Under the pieces are notes generated by a model. That model did not search any database. It was not told the DNA's origin and saw nothing but the letters and a program-made list of their open reading frames with translations. 64,000 bases of DNA from Ostreococcus lucimarinus (Eukaryota), in NCBI GenBank assembly GCA_000092065.1, contig CP000582.1; one strand, given 5' to 3'. Made by a program: the position numbers and the translations under genes. The stretch's first letter is position 1; each line of letters begins with the position of its first letter. Shown piece after piece: positions 13,101 through 28,100 of this stretch.

Positions 13101-16100
13101 TTAGAACTCCACTAGTGTGAAATATTCCCACAGAGTCAGACAAAGACAACGATCTGAAAATTGTCGAGAATTCGGAGCATGATATGTCTGCGTTCTCCAG
13201 TGTGAAGTGCAAGCGGCTATCCCTTGGCAATCTCATTATTCCATTATTATGACCATTACGTGATAGAAGTATAACACTATTTGCACCAATACCCAGCAAC
13301 CACCGTGTGAGCAGTATTCCAATCGCTCCAGTTCCACCCGTGACTAATTGATGACCAGACATCACAGTTTTGTGATACACGACGACTTTTCCAATGTGGG
13401 ACGCTCTCGTCATTTCCCTCATGCTTTGACGGATGAACCGAAATTCGTTGCTCAAACATATCGATGGCTGTATCAAACCAGCACACATAAACAACCCCAG
13501 TAATGATAAACGAAAACTGAGTTCAGCAATAGACTGGTGATCAATAGCCTTGACTTCATAAGTTGCTTTATAGTTTTCTTTTTCGAACGCGTCGGCTGAC
13601 CAAATACCGCGCTTTGATAGCTCTAAAAATGTAGCGTGTACATTCAATATCGACAAGGAGGCCGCAATCATGCCAGGTGATGTAAGCGTATTTAAGACTA
13701 CGTCGACGGGACAACTTCGTGATAAAGAGCTTAAAAATACTGACTGCGAAAACTTAGTCGATCGTGAGTTGCTCATGCATGGAATACCAAGGTATCGCAT
13801 CAAATGCCGTTTCTTCACATTACTCGATGTTCCAGAGAGCGAGTCACCCATCATAGAACATATCGATTTTATCGCAAGTCCAACGCCACCCGTCGTCCCA
13901 TGTACGAGAAGATGAGCTGGAGTGGTTTTAAGTCGACGAATGGAGCTAAAACATTCGTCGACGGTGAGAAAAACTGTCGGAATCGCCGAAGCTTCGATAA
14001 AATTTACTCGCGGCGGTTTTATGCTAAATAATGAACGGTGTACGTAAGCTACGTCACCGAGACAACCAGTCGTCAAGCCAAATATAGCATCTCCGTGTGA
14101 ATGAGAGTACACATCGTCAATTATGCCTGAAAAGTCTGTACCCGGTGGTTCTGTCACCCCAGGGTACATATCTAGAATATTCAAAACGTCCCTGAAGTTC
14201 AGCCCTACGGCAAGAATCCGCGTTCTAACAAATGGCTTTGATACTGTGATTCCACTATCCAAAGCTATACTCGGTACGGGAGTCAGATCTTTTATCGCAC
14301 CTCTGGGACTTGGTTGAAGTACAAAGTTATTCAATGGTACTTTTCGGCATCCGTGTATCATTGGAACATATCTAGCTCGAGCCAAATATTGAGACTGAAT
14401 TGGTTCTGCACGACTTTCACATTCTGCCTTCTTAAAGTGGCTCGACGCTCGCTTTAGCGATAGTGGAGAGTCGCTGTGCACGTCCAAGTGATAAGTTTGA
14501 TTGAGATCAGCTACAGAGACCATCGATATTGTGTGTATCACAGATGCTGAAATGACATTTGACATATTTTCTCCCGCGCGACCAACTGGTGTGCTTGATG
14601 TGGCGAGCCCAACAAGCCGTATTGACGCATGCACATTTTGCATCATCGCAGCGTAAGACGGGGCATATCGGTATGAAGTCGATGTGTTAGTATCCATACT
14701 GCGTCCCAGATTGTATGAGTGTGGGGTTTGCGGACAAACGTGCTTGATATGATGCACTGCGCACCACATTAGTGCATATAGCACACTTGATTGCACTTTC
14801 TTGTTCAAGTTTTCTCTTTCGAAAGCACGATTCATAGTACTCAAAGGTTTGCATTGTAAACGGCGCAATAGTGCAAGATTTGATGTCGTATGATTACTCT
14901 CGGGTGCATCTTTCTTCTTTGCTGAGGACGAGCTCTCAAACTGGTGCTCTAAAGGCAGCTGCTGCAGTTGAAATATATGTATCACTGCTGGTACGTGAAC
15001 CACGTCGTTATTTTCTTTGTCCATCAAGCAATACAAAATGTGCATGGAGCAATCAATCAGATGTGCTGCTCCGACGGTCGCGCATGCTGAGCCGACGTAC
15101 TTTGACATCTTTGTCTTAAGAGCACCACGCCGTGAACGAATGCAATGCCCAAGCTGCTGGAAAGGTTCCCTGATATTGGAACCATCATTTGTTTTTCGGA
15201 ATTTGGAGGTTGTTGCGCTCTCGCCAGAACGCAACATGAGTCGCATAGTGCTATCTCGATATGTTACCACTGATATCGTATCAAGCTGCTTCAGTACGAT
15301 TGGAATCAGCAAGATTGTCTTCATTTGAAGCACGCTATCAATGAGCAAGTCGTCCAAGGGAATTATCGGAATAATCAATGATGCAGCTGCGGGTAGAACG
15401 GGCGTGTGGTTCACGCTGTGGTCGTGTAAGCTAGACCAAGCAGGTCTACATATATTGACGGTGAAAACCGCTCTCGACGCTGATTTAAAGACACTTATAA
15501 GTTGCACATTTGAATACAAAGTACCAACACCAGCATGGAACATTTGCGAACAAAGTAAACGCGCTCTTGTCGAGCAACAACGATGCGTCAACTTCGATGG
15601 AATCGCGCGGATAATTGTGTGCGCATTAACGCCACTCATTCCAAAAGAAGAAGAAGCCGTAAGCTCGATTTGCGGCGCTGTTGTCATCGCTCGTGCAATG
15701 TGAACATTCCCTTCGCTGGCCACGTGTGTGAATACACTAAGATGTGGATTCAGATTACGACAAAGGCGCATTCCAAAATTAACAGCGTGCGTTGAGCAGA
15801 CTATAGAATCGAGAATGCCAACTACTCCCGCGCTACCTTCGGTATGGCCTAGTGAACTTTTACTGGTTCCAATGAGAAGAAATGAAAAGCATGATTGAAG
15901 TTGCATTAGGCTACTGAGCTCGATCGAGTCTCCAAGCGAGGTTCCAGTTCCATGGAGTGAAAGATAGCAGCTACGACTCGACGCATTTTCAATGCGTAGC
16001 AACGCGACTTGGATCAACTTCTGCTGGCTTGGTCCGTTGGGAGCCGTGAACGAACTTGAGCGCCCATCTTGGTTCACAGTGCACGCCGATAACACAAAAT

Positions 16101-19100
16101 CGTGTCGGCTTTCATATCTATGGGCTGGCTGGACTGGTTCTAAATGTAAAAGACCAAATGCTTCTCCTCTTCCATATCCGTCCGCTCCAGCATCTAAGGT
16201 TTTGCATCGGCCATCGTAAGCAATAGCACCGAGAGATGACAAAGTCACGAAGGTATCCGGAATCAGTATACATTGCGTGCCGCCAGACAACGTAGACGAA
16301 GCATGTGAGCCATCCATACTTGCACACGCTAAGTGCGCCGCTACCATTGACGAGGAGCATGCCGTATCTATCGCGATGCTCGGCCCATTCATTCCGAAGG
16401 TGAACGATGGTCTGCTAGCGAGGAACGAAATACCATTACCTGTACCTGCGTACGCATAGAACGCCCATTTTGTCGATCTCAGAATGAACTGGTAGTCATT
16501 CCACATTACGCCAATAAATACCCCCATATGATGATATATTTTCGTGTCAGATACACCATGCAAGCATTCGATGCAACAATTCAACAAATGACGTTGCTGC
16601 GGGTCCATGCATATCGTTTCTTGAGGTGTCAAGTGGAATATAGTGTTGTCAAAGTAAAAGATGTCGCGCAACAACACAGCAAATCGCGTAGATCCACTGA
16701 GAAGCTCAACGTCAAAACGAGTAGAAAGCCGTCTTTGCAATTCAGCACCAGTGACCAGTGACGTCCGCAAGCTTTGCAAATTCTTTATGTTGTTTGGATA
16801 TCGAAGTGAAATGTTTGATATTTTGTGAACATTCGATCCTGTTCCTTCGTGAGGATTCAATCCCAGTGATTTCGATTTCAAATCGAGTGAAATCACTGAA
16901 TCTGAAGTTGTACGCGCGTCCGTGAATGAGAAGATTGCTTTGCTTAGCTCATGCACTGTTGGATAATCGAACATTGATATAATTGGCAAGTCTATCTGGA
17001 ATTTGGCGTTTATAGACGATCGAAGGTCAGCAAGCGCCAAGCTGTCAAGTCCAAGCTGCATAATAGGCTGCGCATCATCAATATATGTATACGTTTCCAT
17101 GTCGATCGATGACATTATCGCGTGTCGTAGAAAATCGGCAATCGTATCAAAAGAATATGAACTAGTTTTTGTCTGAATTGAATCTGATACGATATTCGGT
17201 GTGGAAGGGCTAGTGAGCGCAGGCAGACGCGACGCTATGTATGTGGGTACCGTACAGGCATTCAACATAGAAAGGTTTAGCATAAACAAGCCGTGGGCGA
17301 CGTTTATAGATGCTAATAAGCGCTTCTCCAAATGTGCGTCCAGGCGGGCCATTCCAAAGACGGCGTCCGTCCATGCACCAAATTGGACACTGGAACTAGA
17401 GAATCCGCTGTTGAACATCAACTTCACACATTCATCTAACACGTTATTTGATATTGAATAATTCATTTGACCGAATGAATAAATAAAGCCAGTTATTGAC
17501 GAGCACGCGATTGATCGTTGAGCTTGTATATTTGCTAAGGCGTGGTCACGAACATATCCTAGTACTTTTGCAGAGGTTACAGTAGACATCGTTTCTGGAG
17601 TCTGTCGGAGCACAACAGCATCACACAATGACCCACTGGCGTACACAAATGTATTTATTCTATTGCGATCGATTGAAGTCAAGCCTTCTCGTGCAATTCC
17701 GCGATCACTCTTAAATGATCGAACTATGCTCTGTCCAAACCTCGAATGCACTCGGAGTTTTGCAATATGAGCGCTCCAACCACGACGACTCGAGAGGGAA
17801 AGATTGCTAGCGTCGGAGTGTAGAAGAAATAACGAAAGACACGACCCGATAGCGCCAGTCGCACCGGATATCGAAACGCCATTTCTTAAACTAGTCCCGT
17901 AATATGAATTATTTTCACAAATAAAAATATTTGGAATTCGACTAGGAATCACGTGTACCTCGTCATCATTTTGCAACTTGCCGATACCTGGGAGGTGTTT
18001 TGTGGCACTGATACCCATAGCTTCAATTTTTAGATACGTGGCGGCGATTTCACACGTCTTCATTTTCGAGTAAATGTTGGAATTTTTTGGTAACGGTGAG
18101 CTGTACATTGACCATGAATATGTGTGACGCGGTATGTGAGTGTCAATCCGATATGAACGCGCCGAAACATGAGATATGACTGCCAAAGCTGTTCGATTGA
18201 GACAAGATGAATCGGCTGACGCCCACGGAAAGTACTGAAAACTATGCCCATGTAAGTCACTAAGATGTTTGCTTGCGCGATAACGCACAAGGTTCCACAG
18301 AGTGTTTTTATGCACCTTGTGGATGGAAGCGCGGATACGAGAGCTTTTCATTCGAAACTTGATCACCGAGCCAATGCTAAAATTATCTGCATACATGGAG
18401 TAATCTGCTTCGGACAGTGGCTCTCGTGATATTTTAGTAGTCAATGGGATCTTTACGTACGTTGTCCTGTCTATGACATCTGTAAAGGCATTTGACAAAT
18501 ACAGCTCTCGCAAACCAGTAGGTATGTACGATGAAAATGACTTGGGTGAGTGCAGAGCGGCGCAGGATTGAAAGGTGTTATCAAGCGACGAGCTGTGGTA
18601 ATCGTGGAAGAAATCTATTTTGATTGAACTACGGCTAGTGCACACCATAGTATTATTATCGAATACCAGTGGGTTAGCATATTCGTGTGTTTGATATACT
18701 TTTGTACTTCGTGTACATTTCCAAAGGCATTTAAAAAACAAGATACTTTCGGAGTACATTTCCAGTGCGCTAGACGTCGTATCTATACGAATATCATTGA
18801 TTTGTGCCTTTCCGTTGGCCGGCAAAATGACCCGCGCAGTTGGGATAGTCACGTCACACATATTGCGAATTTTGGTTTCAACGAACATGCGAACTGCAGA
18901 TGAGCAGAGTAACAACATACTCGCAGCTGGTAAGATTGCTTTCCCGTGAACAGAGTGATCAAATAACCCGGTATTATTAGTGCTGATGATGTTACCTTGC
19001 ATGACAACATGTGTGCTCTTTGCAACGGTCAATGAATGAAGACGTTGAGGCAAAGTCGGAGTTATCCAAATACGATCTCTCTGCAGCAAACGCATGGACC

Positions 19101-22100
19101 ATCGGATCGGGAGATTCGTCGCGCGTTTTATCCGATTCTGCAATATGGCGTGCGCGTTTGTGCCTTGGAATGCAAACGCGCTGACAGATGCATGAGTTTC
19201 TGATGAAAAATGTGCGTTCAACAACGGGACGATTGCACGAGGTGAACGCATGGAGTTCTTATGTGCTTGGTTGAATGTCTCGGATATATGTGTGTTGATA
19301 CACCTCAACAATCGGATTGAGATGCACTTACTAGATGAGACACTCTCAGAAGCTTTCAAGATATTGATGGAACCTGATGCTGGTTCCGCATGCCCGCAGT
19401 GTGACTTATTCGCCTGTAAGGCGACAGTATATGAACTATATGAGTATGCACTCATAGTAGCACTCAACTCAATCGGATCACCTAGAATTGTACCAGTGCC
19501 GTGCAGTTGAATAGTTTCGACCGAAACGTCCCTGCGTTGTGTCGCTAATTTCATCACGGCTTCCTGTGCTAGCCCACTGGGAGCAGTGAGCGAACTAGAG
19601 CGACCATCTTGATTCGCTGCGCTACCGTGGAGGATTATCGAGTTTGATACCAACGTATGCCTCCACAATAGAATATGCATCATACCCGCTTCTGCCCGTA
19701 CGTATCCATCTGCAGACGCATCAAGGGTTTTACAATGGCCGTCTGCTGAAAGCATTTTGGACATCTCAAATATCAAGGAAGAACGTTCCAGTAGCGTGAG
19801 ATTTATCCCCCCTAGGCAACACCCACGCATGTGAGTGTCCAACGTTCGATGAAACATGGTGACACAAATCAAAGCTGACGAGCAAGCTGTATCGACACAT
19901 ACACTTCTACCACTTAGCGCAAAGGTGTATGAAATACGTCCACTTGCAACACTGGCGATAGTACCGGTACCAAGGAAATTACTTTCTGAGTACGCACACA
20001 GAGTTGCATACTCGGCGCTTGAAATTCCAACACCTACCCCCCAGCTGTTGTCCATGTCTTTCACGACTGATACACAATTATCCACCAACATCAGCACAAT
20101 GCGATGTTGTGGATCGATGTAAAGAGCTTCCTGTCGACCAACATTGAAATAACTACAATCGAATCGATCAGGAGATTCGATAGTGACTCCGCATCGTACT
20201 GACTTTCCTATTGTGTGGTCGACATCAGTAGACCATCTTGTTCCCATATGATTGTCAGAGTTTGGCAAGAGAGAGCTAAGAATAGGAATGCTGTGAATTG
20301 AATCGTCGTTGCTCGCGGCTTCAAGCATGAGATTCGATTGCAAACTCGGAACTGAATCCTGGTAAGACAACAATGTAGCGAGGTATGCTGAAATGTCTCG
20401 AACGGTTGGATAGTTGAATACCAACGTCACTGGCAAATCCGAATTGAGGGCGCTTGAGATTTGATCACGAATGTCCACGGACACTATAGAATCTATACCC
20501 ATTTCCACCAGCGATACGTCGTCTTGTACACGCATTCCCATTACGGATGAAACAATCGCACTCACACTTAGACGTATGTCCTCGAAACTTCTCATTGGCA
20601 TTTTCACTGGGATGTCTTTGCCAGCGTCGCGCTCAACAAAGCCCCTTTCATTTTTAGAAAGATTCGTGTGCTCATGGAGTTTTCGAGCACGTGGACGTCT
20701 TTGATGCGGTAGCTCCTTGAACTTGTTGACTAGAACGATCGATAGCCCTTTCGATGAGAGAATCTTATCCAGCATACAAAGTGCCGATTTTTCATCCACG
20801 CTACCAACGCCTAAATCGTGGAGTCTTTGCAATACTGTGGGCGTCGACATACCGTCAGTACAATCCCAAGCACCCCATTGTATACTTTTCCACACATTAC
20901 CACACTGTGTCTGGTTTTGTGCGAATGAATCAGTCATGGCATTAGCTGCAGCATAATTTGCTTGTCCGGTGGATTTTAGGACATGTGATGTCGATGAAAA
21001 GACCAACCATGCCCGTAAAGCAGTGAGACTGAAGGCGCATTGAAGTTTTTCAGCGGCTCGGTGCTTGGGCGCGCAGACAGTTCTAATCTTATTCGGATTT
21101 TGGTGTACACTCAAGCCATCATATAACAAACCCGAAGCATGTAGCACATACTCGCACGCAAGATTTGGTGCTGCAAAAGTTGCCGAAAAGTCAGCCCAAC
21201 TCGCGACATCAATTTTGTGCACAGATATCTCCATAAAGGGACATGAATGGTTGAGATCAAATCGTGCGCTCCGACCGCTTCTCGATGCACATATGAGCTC
21301 ACCCGTGCGTGGCTTGTTAGTGTATATGTGGCGAGCAATAATGGTGGAGAGTGCGCCTAGTCCTCCGCTCATCAAGATGCCGCCATCGAACTGCATCGTA
21401 TCAGTGGAGAATGTACTATCTAGTATTCTTGGGAGGTAACGCGAAGATATTGTCGCTTTTACGCGCTGCGCCTCAAGAAAGCGCACAGATACTACTTTGT
21501 GTGAAATTGTCGTTTGTTCCGTGCCCAAACTGTCGATGTATGAGCACTGCGGGATAGTATGGTCTCTACAACCCATATTTCTTGTAATGTCGTAAGACCC
21601 CATTGATTTGATGTAGTACGGAGTACTTATTTCTTCGCACGCAATCTTGCATACTGTCTCAACTGCAGAAGATATACACGGGGTATGTGTGGTACTTAGG
21701 CCCAATTCGGCAACCTGAACATGTGTCGCTACATTCTGTAAAGCACAAAAAGACGATGAAATCAGTTGCGTCGTGTTCACACCGCTTTCGAATTTGAGCG
21801 ATGCGCGCTGAATTGGATTGGTACAGAGTATAGTAGAGAAGTTTATAGCATCTTTTCTTCCCATGGTGTCCTTTCGATAAAGCGAGTTGGTATAGATAAC
21901 TTTTATTTTTGCTTGACGCTTAAGCTTAATATCTGCGTCGAACCTCGCTCGTCGAAAACTCGCGCATGAAAGGCTTACGGTGAAATTACGAGTCGCGTTC
22001 TGCATGCAATGGTCTGATTCACCGCAATTTTTCAATGAGATACGACAACTCAACATTGAATTGCCAGAACAGTTCGAAATTGTGGCCATTTTGACACCTA

Positions 22101-25100
22101 CTGGCAAAAGAAGCACGTTGGGTGTGTCCACGACGGACGTGCAAGCTCGTAGCTGTAAAGAGCAATCCATCACGTTCGGCTCGAAAGCGAACATTTGCTC
22201 AATGTGCATCCATCTAGGAATGCGGGCTGTTCGGCTATATACATATTTAGAAGCTGCGAAAGTGTTTTTGCTCTCTATCGAACAGCGCGTATGCGCTCGA
22301 TTAGGAACATCTGCGATGTGTGCACATGCATGCATGGTATGCTGAATGACTATTCGACTTTTGTAATCTTCAATCCGTAAATGAATTTTTCTGTGCCTTT
22401 GCTTACTTGATAGAGGAATGGGAGCACATGTTAGCTGATTTGCAGCCCCAGCAACACGACAAGTTGAAAAGAGACCAGCATGAGCGGAAAGAAATATCTC
22501 TAAAATCGCGGTGTTTGGCAAAATGCATGTGTCTTTGACAGTGTGATCCAGCAAGTAGTTCGAATGTAAATGTTTGAACTGTAGCTCAATTAATCCTTTT
22601 GCCGGAATATACTGTATTTGGGGGTGCGGAGTAAATATATCTACGTTCCATTGTACTTTCAAGTTCTTCAAGACAGACGTCACATTATGCGATTCAAATC
22701 CAAGTGTGAGTGCAATCATACAATTTGTCCCTTGGAACGCAAACGCACTCGTGGTGACAAATTTTGGACAATCTGCCAAAAACTCCATTTGGTGACACTG
22801 TCGGTTTATGACGATTGCTGCGTGAGTGCAAACTCGATCTTCTACCAATGGATTCATTACTCGAAGCGAGACATTTCCAGTGTTGGATGAAATCAAACTT
22901 TTTGCGACTTGAGATAGTGTCAACACCCCAGATGCGGGCTCGCCGTGCCCCACACGACATTTGACAGCTTCCAGTTGTACGGCATGAGAGTGTGACTCAA
23001 AGTGAACTAATCCACCTAAGTAGGCTCCGATTTCGATTGGATCGCCCAACGGTGTCCCCGTGCTGTGTAAGTACGAGCATTCTACATGCCCGGCGCGGGA
23101 TCCATGCAATAGTTCAACAAGCGCACGCTGCTGCGCTTGGCCATTTGGTGCCGTGAGCGCGGAAGAACGCCCGTCCTGATTGATAATTGAGTGCAAAATA
23201 CTACAGACATATCCAGAAGTTTTGGTCGGTAATTTCTGTTTAGCACCAGAGTGCAATAAACAAGCGTGCGAGGCTTCAGCGCGACTGTATCCATCAGCAC
23301 ATACATCAAGCGATTTACAACGCCCATCATCTGCGAGCATTCCAGTGACTGCAAATAAAGACATCGTTGATTGTAAAAGAATGACGTTCACACCGTAAAC
23401 AATTATGTGATTCCCTTCATCACGCAGATACCTACGCGCCACATCAACTGCAACGAGAGAGGACGAACACGCTGTATCTATCGCAATCGACACACCTCCC
23501 AGATTGTGATGAAATGAAACGCGTCCTGGTACAACTGAAAATGCAGCATCCGTGGCGAACCCCGTCTTTGAAATATCGAGGCCACAGTGATCCATGCTCG
23601 AAATTGCAACAAGTATACCTGAGAGGTTCGCATCATCGATCATATGAACGCACTTGAGAGTATCATTCAAAGCAAGGCGTTGCTGAACGTCTATTCGCCG
23701 GGATTCTGCTTGAGAAATCTGAAAGAGTTCGAAGTCAAAAAAGCTTGTTTGTGGAAATAAGAAAGATCCAAAGATCGACGATGTCTTCCATTTCGGACCA
23801 TCAACCAAAATGTCCCATTTAGCAAATGGCACGTGAGATATTAAGTCTGCCGCTTCATTTTGAACATCCGGATAAGATCCCGTAACATACGAAAGTATTA
23901 TCGTTTCTTTTGAGCTAATTTTCGATGTTTGAAGTGGCCCCATAGTGATCACGTTATCATGCATTTTGTCAAATATATAATGGGCGACATCGACATATGA
24001 TACGAAATCAAAAGCAAGAGTAAGAGGCAGTTTGATGTCGAATGATGCCGAAAGTATTTCGCTGAATTCGATCGCAGAAAATGAATCAAAATCCCATCGA
24101 ATTGATGCATCCATCACATCTTGACAATTCGTTACTGATTTTAAAATTTTGAGCACATCGGCTTCGATATGGTTTCTTGTCCGGAGAACCCTCGATGAAC
24201 TATTAATTTGATACGATGAGTTCTCTGCTTTTGAATATTTCCCTGGATTTGAAGTTAATTTCAAATTTCCTGAGCAGAAATAGACGCCGCACGTGGAGCT
24301 GTAGCCAATATTAAAGTGATTCATTCCTATATGACAGAGTAGTAACGTGCAATTTATGTCGATGTTTTGGACCAAAAGACGAACAGCATCAGTGGGGAGC
24401 AGCATACTGATGCCTGACTTGATGTAGCGACTTGAAACGACCTCATCAACCATCCCACCATTTGACCAAGCACCCCACTGGATGCTAATGATAGAAGAAC
24501 CAACATTTCTGCACATATTTGAAGACGAATCCATGAAAGCGTTTGCGGCTACGTAACCCAGCTGTCCTCGTGTTGCGAATAAGCAAGATATTGATGAACA
24601 GAGTGTTAGCCTTCGGAAATCCAAGCAGGCATATTTGTTATATAGTTCGCTCGTTATAGATATTTTGGGAGCCAAGACTTTTGAGCACGTGAAAAAATTT
24701 TGAAATTGTATTAATGCGTCGTGTAATACGCCTGCGCAGTGATACATGTGCAGATCGACGCAAGAGTTTGGCTCAATACCGTGTCGTGATACACGGATGA
24801 ATGCACTGTCCAAACTCCGATTTGTGTGGAGGAATCTGCCTGAGCGCCCGTGTAAGATCGCCATCACTTGAAACTTTGAGCAATACCATTGGAGGATATT
24901 CGACGCAATGTGACCAGTTCCACCTGTCAAGTACAGTGAGATTTGCTTTAATGGGCTGTCGAAGTCTCTTCGGATGAGTGATCCTGATACATGGTTTCGT
25001 ACTCCTTGTACGTTTTGTCGTGAAACTTCCGTGATACTCTTCAAGTAAGCATGTTTATTTTGAATAACCACAACAGAATTATTTACATTTGGTGATTCCC

Positions 25101-28100
25101 ACGGAACAATAACGTGTCTCACAGACGCTGAAGATGGATGTGAGACTGAATCAACAATTGATATCATACCTTCAGATAAAGCCACACGCATCATAGAACT
25201 CGCATCCAGCTGTTCCATTTCTCGAGTGGTGTGGACACTCACTTTCGTCGCTCGACGCAGAGCATGAGCTAATTGTAGGAAATCTGAAACACCCCTTACG
25301 TTTGTAAACGTACTGTGCTTTCTCAACTCGGATGCGATAATATTCGATCTCAAGCCATGCCCCAAGAGAAGCGGTTGAAACGCGATTATTGAGTATTTGA
25401 ATGCAGATGGTTTGGTATGGGACATTCCCGTGGGGTTTGAAAATTGATCCGTCCTCATCCGTCGAGATACAATATGGAACAAAATCGTACTGTACGCTTT
25501 ATTGGACGCAAAATGGTCACTTAATATATCGCTTCGGTCATTTAAGTTCAGTGATGGAAGTGTTGACACGATGGCTCTCGTACGAATCTCGGATTTTCTG
25601 TGAGTGTACGAAGTCACTCCGGACGGTAGGAAGAGATGGAGAGGCGGATCCTGTGATCTGATGGAGCCCACAAAGCCCAGTTGCAGACTACAATCTTCGT
25701 GTTTAGCGCGATTGTGTCCACAAAATACATCGGAGGTCGTCCTTCCTACCGATCCTACGCCTCCAAACGACTGATACAAGCTTGGGGCACCGTAGTCACT
25801 CAATCTCAGCATGCCAGAGATTTGCGCATAACACACGTGCAACCCTTTTGAAACCGTGTTGGATGTGGTAAAACTTGTACTCGTACCTGAGGAGAGGGTG
25901 CAGTATCCGCTTTCATCGAGTTTCAATGATAGATCTACATTGGGTTTGTCCAAGTAGAGTGACGTCGAAATAATTACGCTTTGCACAGCGTGACGTATTG
26001 GATGGTACAGCATGGTGTGCTGCTCAGGATGTCCGACCAAGAACATGACGCGATACAGAACTGTCGCTGGGCATATCGTTCTATTACGAACTCGGTGATG
26101 CTTGTATAAGACGCTATCAATTTTTAGGATAAAGGACTGCGAGGTCTTTCCGGTGGACATTGAGCAGGCCCATCTCAACGACGACGATAATTGCGATAAT
26201 TGACCATGTCTACCAGCGATCTGTAGAGTGGACCAGCGAACCGAATAGTGATGCGAGGCCAAAAGCCGTGATATTGTATGCGCATTTGTTCCTTGAAAAG
26301 CAAATGCACTCGTACCGAAATAACGTAACGATGAGTTCTCCACCAAAGATACATTCTCCCTCGGTAACGAAACCAAAGATCCACTGCTGTCAATATCACA
26401 CACGATATGCGTGTTCAATCGTCTTAGATGTAAAATTTGAGAGAATAAATGATTCGTTGACTCTTGAATTGTAAAGACAAGGTTGATCATACCTGAAGCT
26501 GCTTCAGCATGCCCCGCGATTGACTTGCTAGCATTAATATTCACGAGTTTTGCTGATTGAATTGCCTCAAGAATGGCATTTATTTCGATTGGGTCGCCGA
26601 GGGCAGTGCCGGTTCCATGCATAGAAATATTAAATGAGTTTGAACACTTGTGACAGCTTCGTAGTGCTTGACGCAATAGGCTGACTTGACTTGTACCATT
26701 CGGCGTCGTAAGCGCGCTCGATCGACCGTCTTGATTAATTTGCGTTGCGCAGACTTGCACTACTCGGGCCGGCGAGAAATCGCTTTTTGATAAATCTACC
26801 ACAGCCAGCAGGCAAGTATACTCAGATCGTACGTAGCCATCAGCAGAAATATCCAAAGTTTTACATCGACCTTCGAGCGACAACATACCGAGTCTGTAAA
26901 GCGCATCAGTCACATTTTCACATATGATATGATTCACTGCCGCAGGCAGGCCGAATGTACACTTTGTGAGGGCGAAGAAGGTCGAAACCAAGTGCAATGC
27001 CACGAGTGAAGACGAACAGGCGGTATCCACGGATACACACGGACCATGAATGTCGAAGAAGAATGCAATTCTGCCACTTGCTACACTATGGGCCTGACCC
27101 ATGACGGATTGATCATTCACAGAGAGCGATACATCGCCAAACTGTGAAATACCCAACGCCAAGCTAGTGTTTTTCGTCTTTTGGTACGATGAGGTCGACG
27201 ATAGCAGTTTCTGCGCATAAAACAGAAGATTCTGCTGCTGTGAGTCCATCGAAATGATTTCTTGCAGTGTTAGGCGAAAACATGATGAGTCGAAGCCACG
27301 AAGATCGTGATGATTACCAAAATTGTATGATAATCCGTCGTCGTGAAGTGTAGTGTTCAAATCTTTTGCAACATCAAATTTTGAAACCTGATGACACGAT
27401 ATAGCATCCGACGTTTGCAATATGTTCCCGCTTGTGGCAACTATACCAATCTCAATTGGCGAAATACTATGCGAAATACTTCGAACATCTTGATTTGGCG
27501 AAAATTGTACTTTCTCAGACGATATATCATCCGCTGAGTTATGCAGTGCTGAATTACTCTTAAGACGAAACACATCTACTGGTTTTCGACTCGGAGTAAC
27601 AGACTTACTACCGTCGTGTGCAATTATAAGCAAATCCAATGTGCGAAACCAGTCGTCGTCGGTCCATTCCGTTCTCCTGAAACACTCGTGCTGGTTTAGT
27701 AGACATTGAATCTCGCCCACAAACCCAGAGCGCAGCAGTGCAAGTTCACCATTATTGGTCACCGCTCTCATCACACACAGTGGGTGTTGGGTTCTTGTCG
27801 TATGCCATCGTAACTCGTGCGCCATCGATGTCGTATTATAGAAAATCTCACTGCCGTAAATTGTTGGAGATCGTGCGTTGTATGAATCGTACGTAGGATT
27901 ATCATAGCTCATTATCTGACAGCCAAATTTTGAGAAAAGACTTTTCAGCAAATATTGATATCTTTGTTTGCTCAAGTTTTCCACGACGAGTAGGCGAAGA
28001 CTCGAAGCATCAAAGCTAGATGAGAACTCGCTGCGCACCATGGACGCACCGATAGATTCCGGCGCTATAAGAATAGTTACGCGCTCTCTAGCGATTGAAC

